From NCBI GenBank assembly GCA_009698575.1, contig WLPX01000001.1, positions 392,747-456,746 of the forward strand: DNA of 64,000 nucleotides, read 5' to 3'. Below the pieces are notes generated by a model. That model worked only from the letters and a program-made list of their open reading frames with translations, was not told the origin of the DNA and ran no database searches. This DNA comes from Actinomycetota bacterium (GTDB taxonomy: Bacteria; Actinomycetota; Actinomycetes; S36-B12; UBA5976). A program made the position numbers and the translations under genes. Position 1 is the stretch's first letter, and each line of letters starts with the position of its first letter. Below, piece after piece: positions 18,107 to 26,270 of this stretch.

Positions 18107-19005
18107 ACCTTAATCCATTGGTATGGCTAGAAACTCTGGTTAGTTGGGTTTTAGTTTCGTTCCACTCACTTACCTCATCTGTATTTGATGCTGACAGCGG
18201 TTGGGCCTGGGGACTAGCCATTGTCTTGCTAGTGATCTTGATTCGTATCTTGCTAATCCCACTTTTCGTAAAACAAATCAAGAGCCAGCGGAACATGCAA
18301 ATCATTCAGCCGCAGGTTAAAGAAATTCAGAAAAAGTACGCAGGAGATCGCGAGCGTCAATCTCAAGAATTAATGAAGCTATACAAGGAAACGGGCACAA
18401 ACCCACTTTCTAGTTGCCTACCAATCCTGGCCCAAGCTCCAATTTTTTATGCGCTATTCGTAGTGCTCCAAGGAATTGCAAAGAACACACCTAAAGGTGT
18501 GCTAACTGACGATTTAGTTCAATCTGCGCGAAACGCCAAAATTTTCGGTGCTCCGATTTATGGAACTTTTATGAACCGGGCAGAAACTGAAAACCCAAGT
18601 GCCACGTTTGTCGTCACCTTGATCTTGATTATTTTGATGACTGCTACAACATTCTTAACTCAGCGCCAACTGATTGTAAAAAATACAGCGCCAGATAACC
18701 CAATGGTTAAGCAGCAAAAGATTTTGCTTTATGTATTCCCAATCATCTTTGCAGTTACAGGTATTAACTTCCCAATTGGCGTTTTGCTTTATTGGTTCAC
18801 CACAAACCTTTGGACCATGGGCCAACAGTTCTATGTAATCCGCAACAGTCCTCAACCCGGAACGCCAGCATTTGCTGCTCTAGAAGCTCGAAAAGCGGCC
18901 AAGAAGACAAAGCGAAATCCAGATAGTTTAGGCGAAACTGAATCAACGCCTGAGGTAAAGCCAGTTCGCCAACAACCAAAGAAGAAGCCGAAAAAGAAGC
19001 GTTAA
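18103..19005 (+). CDS. yidC: membrane protein insertase YidC
   Basis: 300 aa, 5-6 TM helices, with a KSQRNMQIIQPQVKEIQKKY coiled loop, FPIGVLLYWFTTNLWTMGQQ, and a basic C-terminal tail KKKPKKKR. Confidence 0.93.
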   Translation: MNLNPLVWLETLVSWVLVSFHSLTSSVFDADSGWAWGLAIVLLVILIRILLIPLFVKQIKSQRNMQIIQPQVKEIQKKYAGDRERQSQELMKLYKETGTNPLSSCLPILAQAPIFYALFVVLQGIAKNTPKGVLTDDLVQSARNAKIFGAPIYGTFMNRAETENPSATFVVTLILIILMTATTFLTQRQLIVKNTAPDNPMVKQQKILLYVFPIIFAVTGINFPIGVLLYWFTTNLWTMGQQFYVIRNSPQPGTPAFAALEARKAAKKTKRNPDSLGETESTPEVKPVRQQPKKKPKKKR

Positions 19006-19006
19006 T

Positions 19007-19022
19007 TGTTTCACGTGAAACA
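19007..19022. promoter_or_regulatory. parS centromere-like site (perfect consensus)
   Basis: TGTTTCACGTGAAACA, 16/16 match to the ParB/Spo0J parS palindrome, 1 nt after the yidC stop. Confidence 0.9.
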
Positions 19023-19075
19023 AGTTCCTAAATTACGACCAAACCTAAATTTCCAACTAGAAAGGCCTAACTAAC

Positions 19076-19543
19076 ATGGCTGAGAAACTCTCACTACTTG
19101 AGCAAGAAGGCGAAATCGCCGCAGACTACCTTGAAGGTTTACTAGACATTGCCGACCTAGATGGCGACATCGACATGGATGTAGAAAACGATCGCGCAAC
19201 TGTGAGCATCGTCGGCGCCGACCTAAGTCAATTAGTTGGCCAAAAAGGCGCGGTCCTTGATGCCCTACAGGAACTTACTCGGCTGGCAGTAACTCGGGAA
19301 ACCGGCGAACGCTCCCGATTAATGCTAGATATTTCTGGGTACCGCGCAGACGTTAAGGCAAAGCTTGTAGTAGTTGCCAAAGAGGCCGCAGCTAAAGCCA
19401 TTGAAACCGGGGAAGAAGTAGAACTTAAACCGATGAATGCTTTTGAACGCAAAGTGGTTCATGACGCCGTTGCTGAAGCCGGGGCATCGAGTGTTTCAAA
19501 GGGCGAAGATCCAAAGCGCCGAATTGTGGTACTCCCTGTCTAG
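19076..19543 (+). CDS. Jag/KhpB-like RNA-binding protein (KH + R3H domains, no Jag_N domain)
   Basis: 155 aa with an acidic N-terminus. KH-like LVGQKGAVLDALQELT, and R3H region MNAFERKVVHDAVAEAG. Sits in the conserved yidC-jag-rsmG position. Confidence 0.85.
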   Translation: MAEKLSLLEQEGEIAADYLEGLLDIADLDGDIDMDVENDRATVSIVGADLSQLVGQKGAVLDALQELTRLAVTRETGERSRLMLDISGYRADVKAKLVVVAKEAAAKAIETGEEVELKPMNAFERKVVHDAVAEAGASSVSKGEDPKRRIVVLPV

Positions 19544-19548
19544 TTTCA

Positions 19549-19564
19549 CGTTTCACGTGAAACA
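19549..19564. promoter_or_regulatory. parS site (15/16) with an abutting duplicated half-site
   Basis: CGTTTCACGTGAAACA. The half-site GTTTCAC occurs twice in tandem (19543-19549 and 19550-19556). Confidence 0.8.
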
Positions 19565-19586
19565 TTGGACATGGGATCGGTCTTAA

Positions 19587-20183
19587 TTGAAACCCATAGT
19601 TGAGGTATACCCAGAAGTAGCGGAAAGCCTTGCCCGATACGCGGATTGGCTAGCGGGCGCGGGTGTAGAACGCGGCTTTCTTGGCCCGCGAGAAGTGGAT
19701 CGAATCTGGGATCGGCACATCGGAAACTGTGCGGTAGTTGAGGAATTGATCCCAAGTAATGCCAAAGTATTCGATATTGGAAGTGGCGCCGGCTTGCCTG
19801 GTGTTGTCCTAGCCATAGTTCGTCCGGATATCTCAGTTGGATTGATTGAGCCATTGATGCGCAGATCTGAGTTCTTAATCGAAGTGGTTAACGATCTTGG
19901 AATAGCTGATCGAGTTACGGTAATGAGAGGCCGAGCTGAGGAATTACGGGGCCAAACCGCACAAATTGTTACCGCTAGAGCCGTTGCCCCACTGGGTAAA
20001 TTACTGACTTGGTCGCTACCGCTAACTGCAAAAGGTGGCCAAATTTTGGCTATGAAAGGCAGCTCGGCAGCCAATGAGATCATTGATGCCAAGGATGTTT
20101 TAAAAGGCAAAACTGCGGAAATTGTGCTCTGCGGCCAAGGCATTGTTGACCCGCTAACCACGGTAGTTCGGGTAACCACCTAG
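19587..20183 (+). CDS. rsmG: 16S rRNA (guanine527-N7)-methyltransferase RsmG (GidB)
   Basis: 198 aa with a TTG start (position uncertain). SAM-binding motif DIGSGAGLPGVVLAI. Lies in jag-rsmG-parA-parB synteny. Confidence 0.9.
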   Translation: MKPIVEVYPEVAESLARYADWLAGAGVERGFLGPREVDRIWDRHIGNCAVVEELIPSNAKVFDIGSGAGLPGVVLAIVRPDISVGLIEPLMRRSEFLIEVVNDLGIADRVTVMRGRAEELRGQTAQIVTARAVAPLGKLLTWSLPLTAKGGQILAMKGSSAANEIIDAKDVLKGKTAEIVLCGQGIVDPLTTVVRVTT

Positions 20184-20260
20184 TAAGTGAGTCGGGCGTT
20201 TGCCCTACGATAAGGATTCAAGTTAGTAATACTGGGGTCAAGACAAATTAGGTTGGCAAA

Positions 20261-21148
20261 ATGGCTTACGCCGATGATGAAGATACGCCGCTAGCCACAG
20301 CGGCTGCCGCTGCGGTTTACGTGCGTCGGGGCCTGAAAGGTACTTTCGCTAAACCTAAACAAACTCGCATTATTACTATTGCCAACCAAAAAGGCGGAGT
20401 TGGTAAAACCACCTCAGCTGTGAACTTGGCAGCCTCTATGGCCCTTGCCGGATTAAATGTTTTGCTAATTGACCTTGATCCACAAGGAAATGCCAGTACT
20501 GCATTCGGAATAGATCATTATGAGGATGCCAGCGGCTCCTTTGATGTTTTGCTTGATGGGGCACCAATTGCTGAGATGATGAGCGCCGCCGAAGGCTTTG
20601 ATTCCTTATGGGTATTGCCGGCTACTTTGGACTTAGCCGGTGCCGACATTGAACTAATTACTACTGTCGATGAGGCAAAACGGCCATTTCTATTAAAACA
20701 GGCCTTGGCTACCTTCCTGGCTGACCATGAAATGGACTACGTCTTTATAGATTGTCCACCGAGCCTGGGATTATTGACAATTAATGCTCTAGCTGCAGTC
20801 AAAGAAGTTCTGATCCCAATCCAATGCGAGTTTTATGCCCTCGAGGGTGTCCAGCAATTGATGCGCACCATTGACTTCGCTAAAGAACGGCTAAACCCAG
20901 ACTTAGAAATAAGCACTATTTTGCTTACTATGTACAACTCCACCACCAACCTTTCCGCGTCTGTGGTGGAGGAAGTCCGGGGATACTTTGGCAAGAAAGT
21001 TCTAGATACCGTGATTCCGCGGTCAATTTATGTCGCAGAAGCCCCTTCATTTGGGCAATCTGTTATGACTTACGATCCCGGTTCAACGGGGGCAGTAGCT
21101 TATTTGGCTGCGGCTCGAGAAATCACTGAACGCAAGCAGAAGGGCTAA
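20261..21148 (+). CDS. parA: chromosome partitioning ATPase ParA (Soj)
   Basis: 295 aa with the deviant Walker [17 protein letters not shown] and [10 protein letters not shown]. Confidence 0.95.
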   Translation: MAYADDEDTPLATAAAAAVYVRRGLKGTFAKPKQTRIITIANQKGGVGKTTSAVNLAASMALAGLNVLLIDLDPQGNASTAFGIDHYEDASGSFDVLLDGAPIAEMMSAAEGFDSLWVLPATLDLAGADIELITTVDEAKRPFLLKQALATFLADHEMDYVFIDCPPSLGLLTINALAAVKEVLIPIQCEFYALEGVQQLMRTIDFAKERLNPDLEISTILLTMYNSTTNLSASVVEEVRGYFGKKVLDTVIPRSIYVAEAPSFGQSVMTYDPGSTGAVAYLAAAREITERKQKG

Positions 21149-21152
21149 TTTA

Positions 21153-22193
21153 ATGGCGAAACGACAAAGTCTGGGACGTGGCTTGGGAGCTTTGATCCCA
21201 GATGTTTCACGTGAAACTACAGCAAAGAAAGCGCCGGCCAAAAAAGCCCAAATCAAGCCAGCTGCCAAGGCACCTGCCAAAAAGTCGCCAGCTACTAAGG
21301 CTGCGGCTAAATCAACTAGTTCACAAGGCGCCGACAGCTCAGCAAACGCCCCAGTTGCTATTGCCGGCCTAACTTTCGCCGAATTGCCGGTGCGCTTAAT
21401 CGTGCCAAATGCGCAACAACCGCGCCAAGTATTCGATGATGAAGCCCTAGCTGAACTGGTGCATTCGATCAAAGAAGTGGGCTTACTGCAACCAATCGTT
21501 GTACGGCCAGCTCCGGGCGGCGGCTATGAATTAGTTGCTGGCGAGCGCCGCCTGCGGGCAACTAAAAAGGCTGGTTTTAAAACAATTCCAGCCCTAATTC
21601 GGGAAACTGCCGACGACAAAATGCTTCGTGATGCCTTGTTAGAAAACCTGCACCGGGCAGCACTAACACCACTGGAAGAAGCCGCTGCCTATAAACAGTT
21701 ACTCGAAGATTTTGGTGGCACCCAAGATGAATTGGCTACTCGATTAGGCCGATCCCGACCACAGATTTCCAACACCCTTCGTTTGTTAAACCTGCCGTTG
21801 GCTGTGCAACGTCGCGTTGCAGCGGGTGTAATTTCAGCGGGTCACGCACGCGCACTGCTTGGCTTAAAGGACCAAGGTGCGATTGAACGGTTAGCCAGTC
21901 GCATTGTGGCTGAAGGTCTTTCGGTTCGCACCGTAGAAGAAATAGTGTCCCTGGGTCAAGAAGATAAGCCGGGAAAGAAAGCTGGCAAAAAATCAGCCGG
22001 GAAAATCAGTGCCCCAGGATTAAAGTCCATGGGGGATCGCCTTTCGGAAAAGCTGGATACTCGAGTAACGGTTCAGGTTGGCAAGTCCAAAGGCAAAGTC
22101 ATAATTGAGTTTGCAACTTTGGAAGATCTGCAACGAATCGTTGATGTGATTGATCCAAAACAGCGCGGCATGTTCGGAGAACCCGTGAAATAG
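21153..22193 (+). CDS. parB: chromosome partitioning protein ParB (Spo0J)
   Basis: 346 aa. N-terminal GRGLGALIP, the ParB box LVAGERRLRA, and an HTH region TQDELATRLGRSRPQISNTLRLL. A Lys/Ala/Pro-rich linker spans aa 24-52. Confidence 0.95.
   Translation: MAKRQSLGRGLGALIPDVSRETTAKKAPAKKAQIKPAAKAPAKKSPATKAAAKSTSSQGADSSANAPVAIAGLTFAELPVRLIVPNAQQPRQVFDDEALAELVHSIKEVGLLQPIVVRPAPGGGYELVAGERRLRATKKAGFKTIPALIRETADDKMLRDALLENLHRAALTPLEEAAAYKQLLEDFGGTQDELATRLGRSRPQISNTLRLLNLPLAVQRRVAAGVISAGHARALLGLKDQGAIERLASRIVAEGLSVRTVEEIVSLGQEDKPGKKAGKKSAGKISAPGLKSMGDRLSEKLDTRVTVQVGKSKGKVIIEFATLEDLQRIVDVIDPKQRGMFGEPVK
21203..21218. promoter_or_regulatory. parS site (15/16) inside the parB coding region
   Basis: TGTTTCACGTGAAACT, overlapping parB codons 17-22 (DVSRET). 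Confidence 0.8.
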
Positions 22194-22244
22194 CTAGTTA
22201 CCCACATGTGAACAACTTGTGTAGTAACAGTAGTTGCAATCATT

Positions 22245-22266
22245 AAATGTGACCCAAATCACATTT
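22245..22266. terminator. possible bidirectional terminator hairpin between convergent parB and cwlM
   Basis: AAATGTGA-cccaaa-TCACATTT, an 8-bp AT-rich stem with T/A runs on both sides. Confidence 0.35.
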
Positions 22267-22283
22267 TAACCTAGGGCAAATAA

Positions 22284-23369
22284 CTAGCCAATTAATGGAG
22301 CCAGAATTCGAGTCACTGCTGAGCTCAACCCAGCGGCCAAGGCATCTCGGGATGCAGGATCAGCAAGGATTTCGCTGTCATGCTCACTAGTTGCATAACC
22401 TAATTCCACCTTGATGCTGGGCATGCGTGTTAGCCGTAACAGATCCCAAGTCTTGGCATGCGACTTAGCATCAGCCAGGGCAGTTCGGGAAGTCAATTCC
22501 TCTTGCACGATCTCAGCTAATCGCATTCCGGTAGCCGAGCGCGAGAATTCATGCCCGAAATAGTAAGTAGCGACCCCTTGGGCTAACGGATTTAGCTGTC
22601 GATCAAGCCCCAAACCAATAATCAAATCAACATTGCTTTCGTTAGCAAGGGTGGCCCTAGTTCTTTCGCCATCAGCTTTAGTTGATTGCGATCGAGTTAG
22701 GAGAACCAAGGTGCCCATTGCGGCCAGCCGACCTTCCAATCGGGAAGCAATGTCCCAACAGACATCCGCATGCGTTAGTTCGGTGCCAACCAGGCTGCCA
22801 GCATTATCACTCGGATCAATCAAAATCGAACAAGTCTCGACTGTTCGGTTCTTACCAAAGTTGGCAACGGTAGAAATTTCTCGCAAGTGTTCTTGGCTGC
22901 CGCCCGCAATGGTTCTGGCTAATCTTTGGAAAGCACGAAAAAACTGTGGACCGCAAATGCCATCTACATCTAAACCTACATTGCGCTGAAACTCACGAAC
23001 TGCGCTATCTGTACTTTTCGCAAAAATTCCATCTACTCGATCAAGCGCGAAACCCAACTCAATTAAGCGTTGTTGTAATTGCGCAACATCTTCGCCATGT
23101 ATGACATGGCCCGGCGTGAAACTTAAAACCCGATCACCAATTTTCCAGCGCGCTTCTTCGAGGCGTCGGAAAGTACGTGGGCCGACTAAACCATCTACAG
23201 TTAAGCCGCGAGTCTGCTGAAAATAACGCAGCGCAGCTAGCAAGACGTCGTCAAAGACATCTGCTGCTGCGCTGGCATTTTCACTAAGTAGCCCAAGGCG
23301 AACCAAGCGATCACGAACCTCTTGTACTGCCGGCCCTTGATCGCCGCGTCGCAGGATCGTTACTGTCAT
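22284..23369 (-). CDS. cwlM: CwlM-like N-acetylmuramoyl-L-alanine amidase homolog (two PG-binding repeats + amidase_3 domain)
   Basis: 361 aa. Two PG_binding_1-like repeats (GDQGPAVQEVRDRLVRLG.. and GEDVAQLQQRLIELGF..) followed by an amidase_3-like C-terminus. Adjacent to trxA/trxB, as M. tuberculosis Rv3915 is next to Rv3913-3914. Confidence 0.85.
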   Translation of the reverse strand: MTVTILRRGDQGPAVQEVRDRLVRLGLLSENASAAADVFDDVLLAALRYFQQTRGLTVDGLVGPRTFRRLEEARWKIGDRVLSFTPGHVIHGEDVAQLQQRLIELGFALDRVDGIFAKSTDSAVREFQRNVGLDVDGICGPQFFRAFQRLARTIAGGSQEHLREISTVANFGKNRTVETCSILIDPSDNAGSLVGTELTHADVCWDIASRLEGRLAAMGTLVLLTRSQSTKADGERTRATLANESNVDLIIGLGLDRQLNPLAQGVATYYFGHEFSRSATGMRLAEIVQEELTSRTALADAKSHAKTWDLLRLTRMPSIKVELGYATSEHDSEILADPASRDALAAGLSSAVTRILAPLIG

Positions 23370-23376
23370 GCGTTAC

Positions 23377-23700
23377 TTAAATGAACTCAGCAAGATCTGA
23401 TAGCAAGGCGGCTTTTGGCTTTGCACCAATAATCTGCTTAACGATTTCACCATTTTGGTAAACGTTCATTGTTGGAATCGAAGTCACACCGTAGTTAGCG
23501 GCGGTAGCGGGATTCTCATCAACGTTTAATTTCAAAATGGTTAGCTTGTCACCGTGTGCGGCGGCAATCTCTTCCAGGATTGGACCAATCATCTTGCAAG
23601 GTCCACACCATTCTGCCCAAAAATCAACCAGGACAGGCTTTGTGCTCATTAATACATCGTCAGCAAACGATGCATCGGTCACTGCTGCGGTAGCTCCCAT
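23377..23700 (-). CDS. trxA: thioredoxin
   Basis: 107 aa with the WAEWCGPCK active site. Confidence 0.96.
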   Translation of the reverse strand: MGATAAVTDASFADDVLMSTKPVLVDFWAEWCGPCKMIGPILEEIAAAHGDKLTILKLNVDENPATAANYGVTSIPTMNVYQNGEIVKQIIGAKPKAALLSDLAEFI

Positions 23701-23769
23701 TGTGTTACTCCTCTAATTACTTGTGGCTTAAGCATAGGTGGTGACTAACTCACAACCGGCGCTTCTGGA

Positions 23770-24711
23770 TTACTTGCTATGTAAGTTGGCTAAAAAGCGC
23801 TCTGCATCAAGGGCTGCACTGCATCCAGTGCCAGCCGCAGTGATTGCTTGGCGATAGGTATGGTCCACTAAGTCTCCACAGGCGAATACGCCTGGCAGGT
23901 TAGTTGCCGTAGTGCCCGCTGCGGTGAGAACGTATCCCTGAGGGTCTAGATCAACTTGACCGCGGATTAGTTCAGAACGTGGATCATGGCCAATTGCCAC
24001 GAACAAACCAGTAACTGAAAGCGCTCGAGTTTCGCCGGTATTAATGTCTCGCAAGGTAATCCCAGAGAGTTTTTCGTCACCCTGTAGATCTAGAACTTCG
24101 CTGTTCCAAGCAAACTTAATCTTTGGATCTTTATGCGCACGCTCTGCCATAATCTTGCTGGCGCGCAATTCATCACGGCGATGGATCATAGTTACGCTGC
24201 TTGCAAAACGCGTTAAGAAAGTTGCTTCTTCGACGGCAGAGTCACCCCCACCTACCACCGCAATGTCTTGATCGCGGAAGAAGAAGCCATCGCAAGTTGC
24301 ACACCAAGAGACTCCGTGTCCCGACAAACGTTTTTCATTTTCCAAACCAAGTTCCCGATAGCTAGATCCGGTAGCCAAAATCACTGAATGTGCCTTGTAC
24401 TCTCTACCTTCACTATCAATCACCGTTTTTATGTCTCCGGTTAGATTTGCCACAGTGACATCATCGGTAATCAAGTTGGCACCGAATTTAACCGCTTGCG
24501 CCCGCATGTTTTCCATAAGGGCTGGACCCATGACCCCATCTGGGAAACCTGGGAAATTCTCTACCTCGGTGGTGTTCATTAAGGCACCGCCAGCAGTAAC
24601 TGCGCCTTCGAACAAAATTGGTTTTAGTTGGGCTCGGGCCGCGTACACACCAGCGGTATAGCCAGCTGGGCCAGAACCAATAATAATGACGTCGTTGATG
24701 TCCTGTGACAT
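23770..24711 (-). CDS. trxB: thioredoxin-disulfide reductase
   Basis: 313 aa. FAD motif [12 protein letters not shown], redox centre CATCDG, and NADPH motif [12 protein letters not shown]. Confidence 0.96.
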   Translation of the reverse strand: MSQDINDVIIIGSGPAGYTAGVYAARAQLKPILFEGAVTAGGALMNTTEVENFPGFPDGVMGPALMENMRAQAVKFGANLITDDVTVANLTGDIKTVIDSEGREYKAHSVILATGSSYRELGLENEKRLSGHGVSWCATCDGFFFRDQDIAVVGGGDSAVEEATFLTRFASSVTMIHRRDELRASKIMAERAHKDPKIKFAWNSEVLDLQGDEKLSGITLRDINTGETRALSVTGLFVAIGHDPRSELIRGQVDLDPQGYVLTAAGTTATNLPGVFACGDLVDHTYRQAITAAGTGCSAALDAERFLANLHSK

Positions 24712-24798
24712 TAAATTTCCTTTATTCGAATTAATCTAAGTTTACTGTCGAGACCCCAAGCCCTGAGTTCTGGAGCAGTTGCTGTCAGCGAACAGGTT

Positions 24799-26253
24799 TT
24801 AACCGGTGACGTCAACTTGTACAACGCCACCTTGGTATTTACCCGAAGTGGCCTTTGGTAGATCGGGAGTCAACCAGATCAAGACATATCTTCCAGAAAC
24901 GGAATCGGCAGAGGTGACCTCGGAAGATACTTCATCAGGATTTGTAACGCCAAATCTATTTGCTGTTGCGAAATCAATTTTCGGTGAATCGGTCACATAG
25001 ATGTCGGCCGCTTGCCCTACTGAAGTAAATGTAACAGCCACATTTGATACTTTTTGAGATTCACCAAGATCTAATAAGAGTCCAACTCCAGCTTTGCCAC
25101 CCATATTCGCACTGTTGTAATAAACCGTCGTCCAAGCAGTTTTGTCATCATTATCTATTGCAAAATTGGCTTGATCAAAGTTCTCTTCATTGTCACCAAG
25201 AGGATCGTAAATATCCGTCTTAGTTATTTCGAGAATTTGACCTGCTGGTTCTGATGCTTCCACGCTGGGTAGCGGAGAGACTAAAACTGCTATCGGAGCA
25301 TCAGACTTTTGGAAATTGCTGGTTAGCAGTTGCCAACCAACCCAGCCAAAAATCAACACAGACATACCAGCAATCACAGATGCACGGAGTCGACTTGATT
25401 TGTCATCTCGTCCCGGAACCCAGTTAACTGAATTAGCAGTGAACCTAGTCACACGACTTTGTAAGTCCTCTGATGTTTCCACTTCACCAACCGATAGGGC
25501 ATCTACCAATTGACGCATTGTTTGGTAGGTGCCATCTTGGCTGCGTTGATATAAACGATCTACAGAGTTGCGAATTCCACCATGTACCTGGCTAGGCACC
25601 ACTTGACCGTTGGCGTCAGGCGAACTTGCACCAGGTAACGAATCCACTCTGCCGCTGGGCCACATCCCGGTGACCATAACGAAGAGCAGCTGCCCAACAC
25701 CTTTTATGTCTTGCGCAGCACCCTCATCAGAATCGGCTCCCAATAGTGCAGCGTCAACCCCAAAGCCGGACAATCGCACTTCTTGGCCCTGCGAGAAAAT
25801 TACATTGTGTGGGCGTAATCGACCATGAAAAATATTTAATGAATGGGCATGCATCAGCGTGTTTGCGACTACACCAACTTGCTTAAGGGCTTGATCAACT
25901 GGCAAAACTTCGCCACGTCTTATCAGTAAGCGATCCAGAGTTTCACCGTCAAGCCATTCAGTCACAATTCCAACGTAAGTGTCTTGGGTTGCAGACTCCT
26001 TGGGGGACGAAATGTTCCCGGCCGGAATTACGTCAAGAATTGAAACCACGTCGCGTCGATCGTTAGCTGCCGCTACTTGACACTGTTGTAGCAACTTCAC
26101 ACTTCGCAGATCCGAGGTTGGAAGCAAGATCAAAGTAACCCAGCGCTTGAGCAGTTGATCCATCGCGCGCCAAACAGGCGAGCTAAGTGAACTAGATATT
26201 TGGACATCAAGCGCGTAGCGATTAGCAAATAATCGGTCGCTAGCGTTACTCAT
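24799..26253 (-). CDS. stand-alone pseudokinase with one TM helix and an extracellular discoidin/F5-F8 type C-like domain (equivalent to the C-terminal half of mycobacterial MviN)
   Basis: 484 aa with a kinase-like fold whose catalytic signatures are all degenerate. SSSLSS replaces the GxGxxG loop, VTLILL replaces VAIK, HGRLRPHN replaces HRDxKPxN, and GFG replaces DFG. TM helix ASVIAGMSVLIFGWVGWQLL. C-terminal domain contains AIDNDDKTAWTT. Confidence 0.8.
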   Translation of the reverse strand: MSNASDRLFANRYALDVQISSSLSSPVWRAMDQLLKRWVTLILLPTSDLRSVKLLQQCQVAAANDRRDVVSILDVIPAGNISSPKESATQDTYVGIVTEWLDGETLDRLLIRRGEVLPVDQALKQVGVVANTLMHAHSLNIFHGRLRPHNVIFSQGQEVRLSGFGVDAALLGADSDEGAAQDIKGVGQLLFVMVTGMWPSGRVDSLPGASSPDANGQVVPSQVHGGIRNSVDRLYQRSQDGTYQTMRQLVDALSVGEVETSEDLQSRVTRFTANSVNWVPGRDDKSSRLRASVIAGMSVLIFGWVGWQLLTSNFQKSDAPIAVLVSPLPSVEASEPAGQILEITKTDIYDPLGDNEENFDQANFAIDNDDKTAWTTVYYNSANMGGKAGVGLLLDLGESQKVSNVAVTFTSVGQAADIYVTDSPKIDFATANRFGVTNPDEVSSEVTSADSVSGRYVLIWLTPDLPKATSGKYQGGVVQVDVTG

Positions 26254-26270
26254 GATTGCAGTTTAGTTGT

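Noticed and set aside
19583-20179. 198-aa minus-strand ORF that exactly mirrors rsmG
   Set aside because: It is a shadow ORF. The + frame has the SAM-binding motif GSGAGLPG and fits jag-rsmG-parA synteny. The antisense translation is Ser/Thr/Pro/Arg-rich with no recognisable motif.
21083-21472. 129-aa minus-strand ORF across the parA end and parB start
   Set aside because: It is antisense to the Lys/Ala/Pro-rich ParB linker, so its Ala/Gly/Phe-rich product is a compositional artefact. parA and parB are unambiguous on the + strand.
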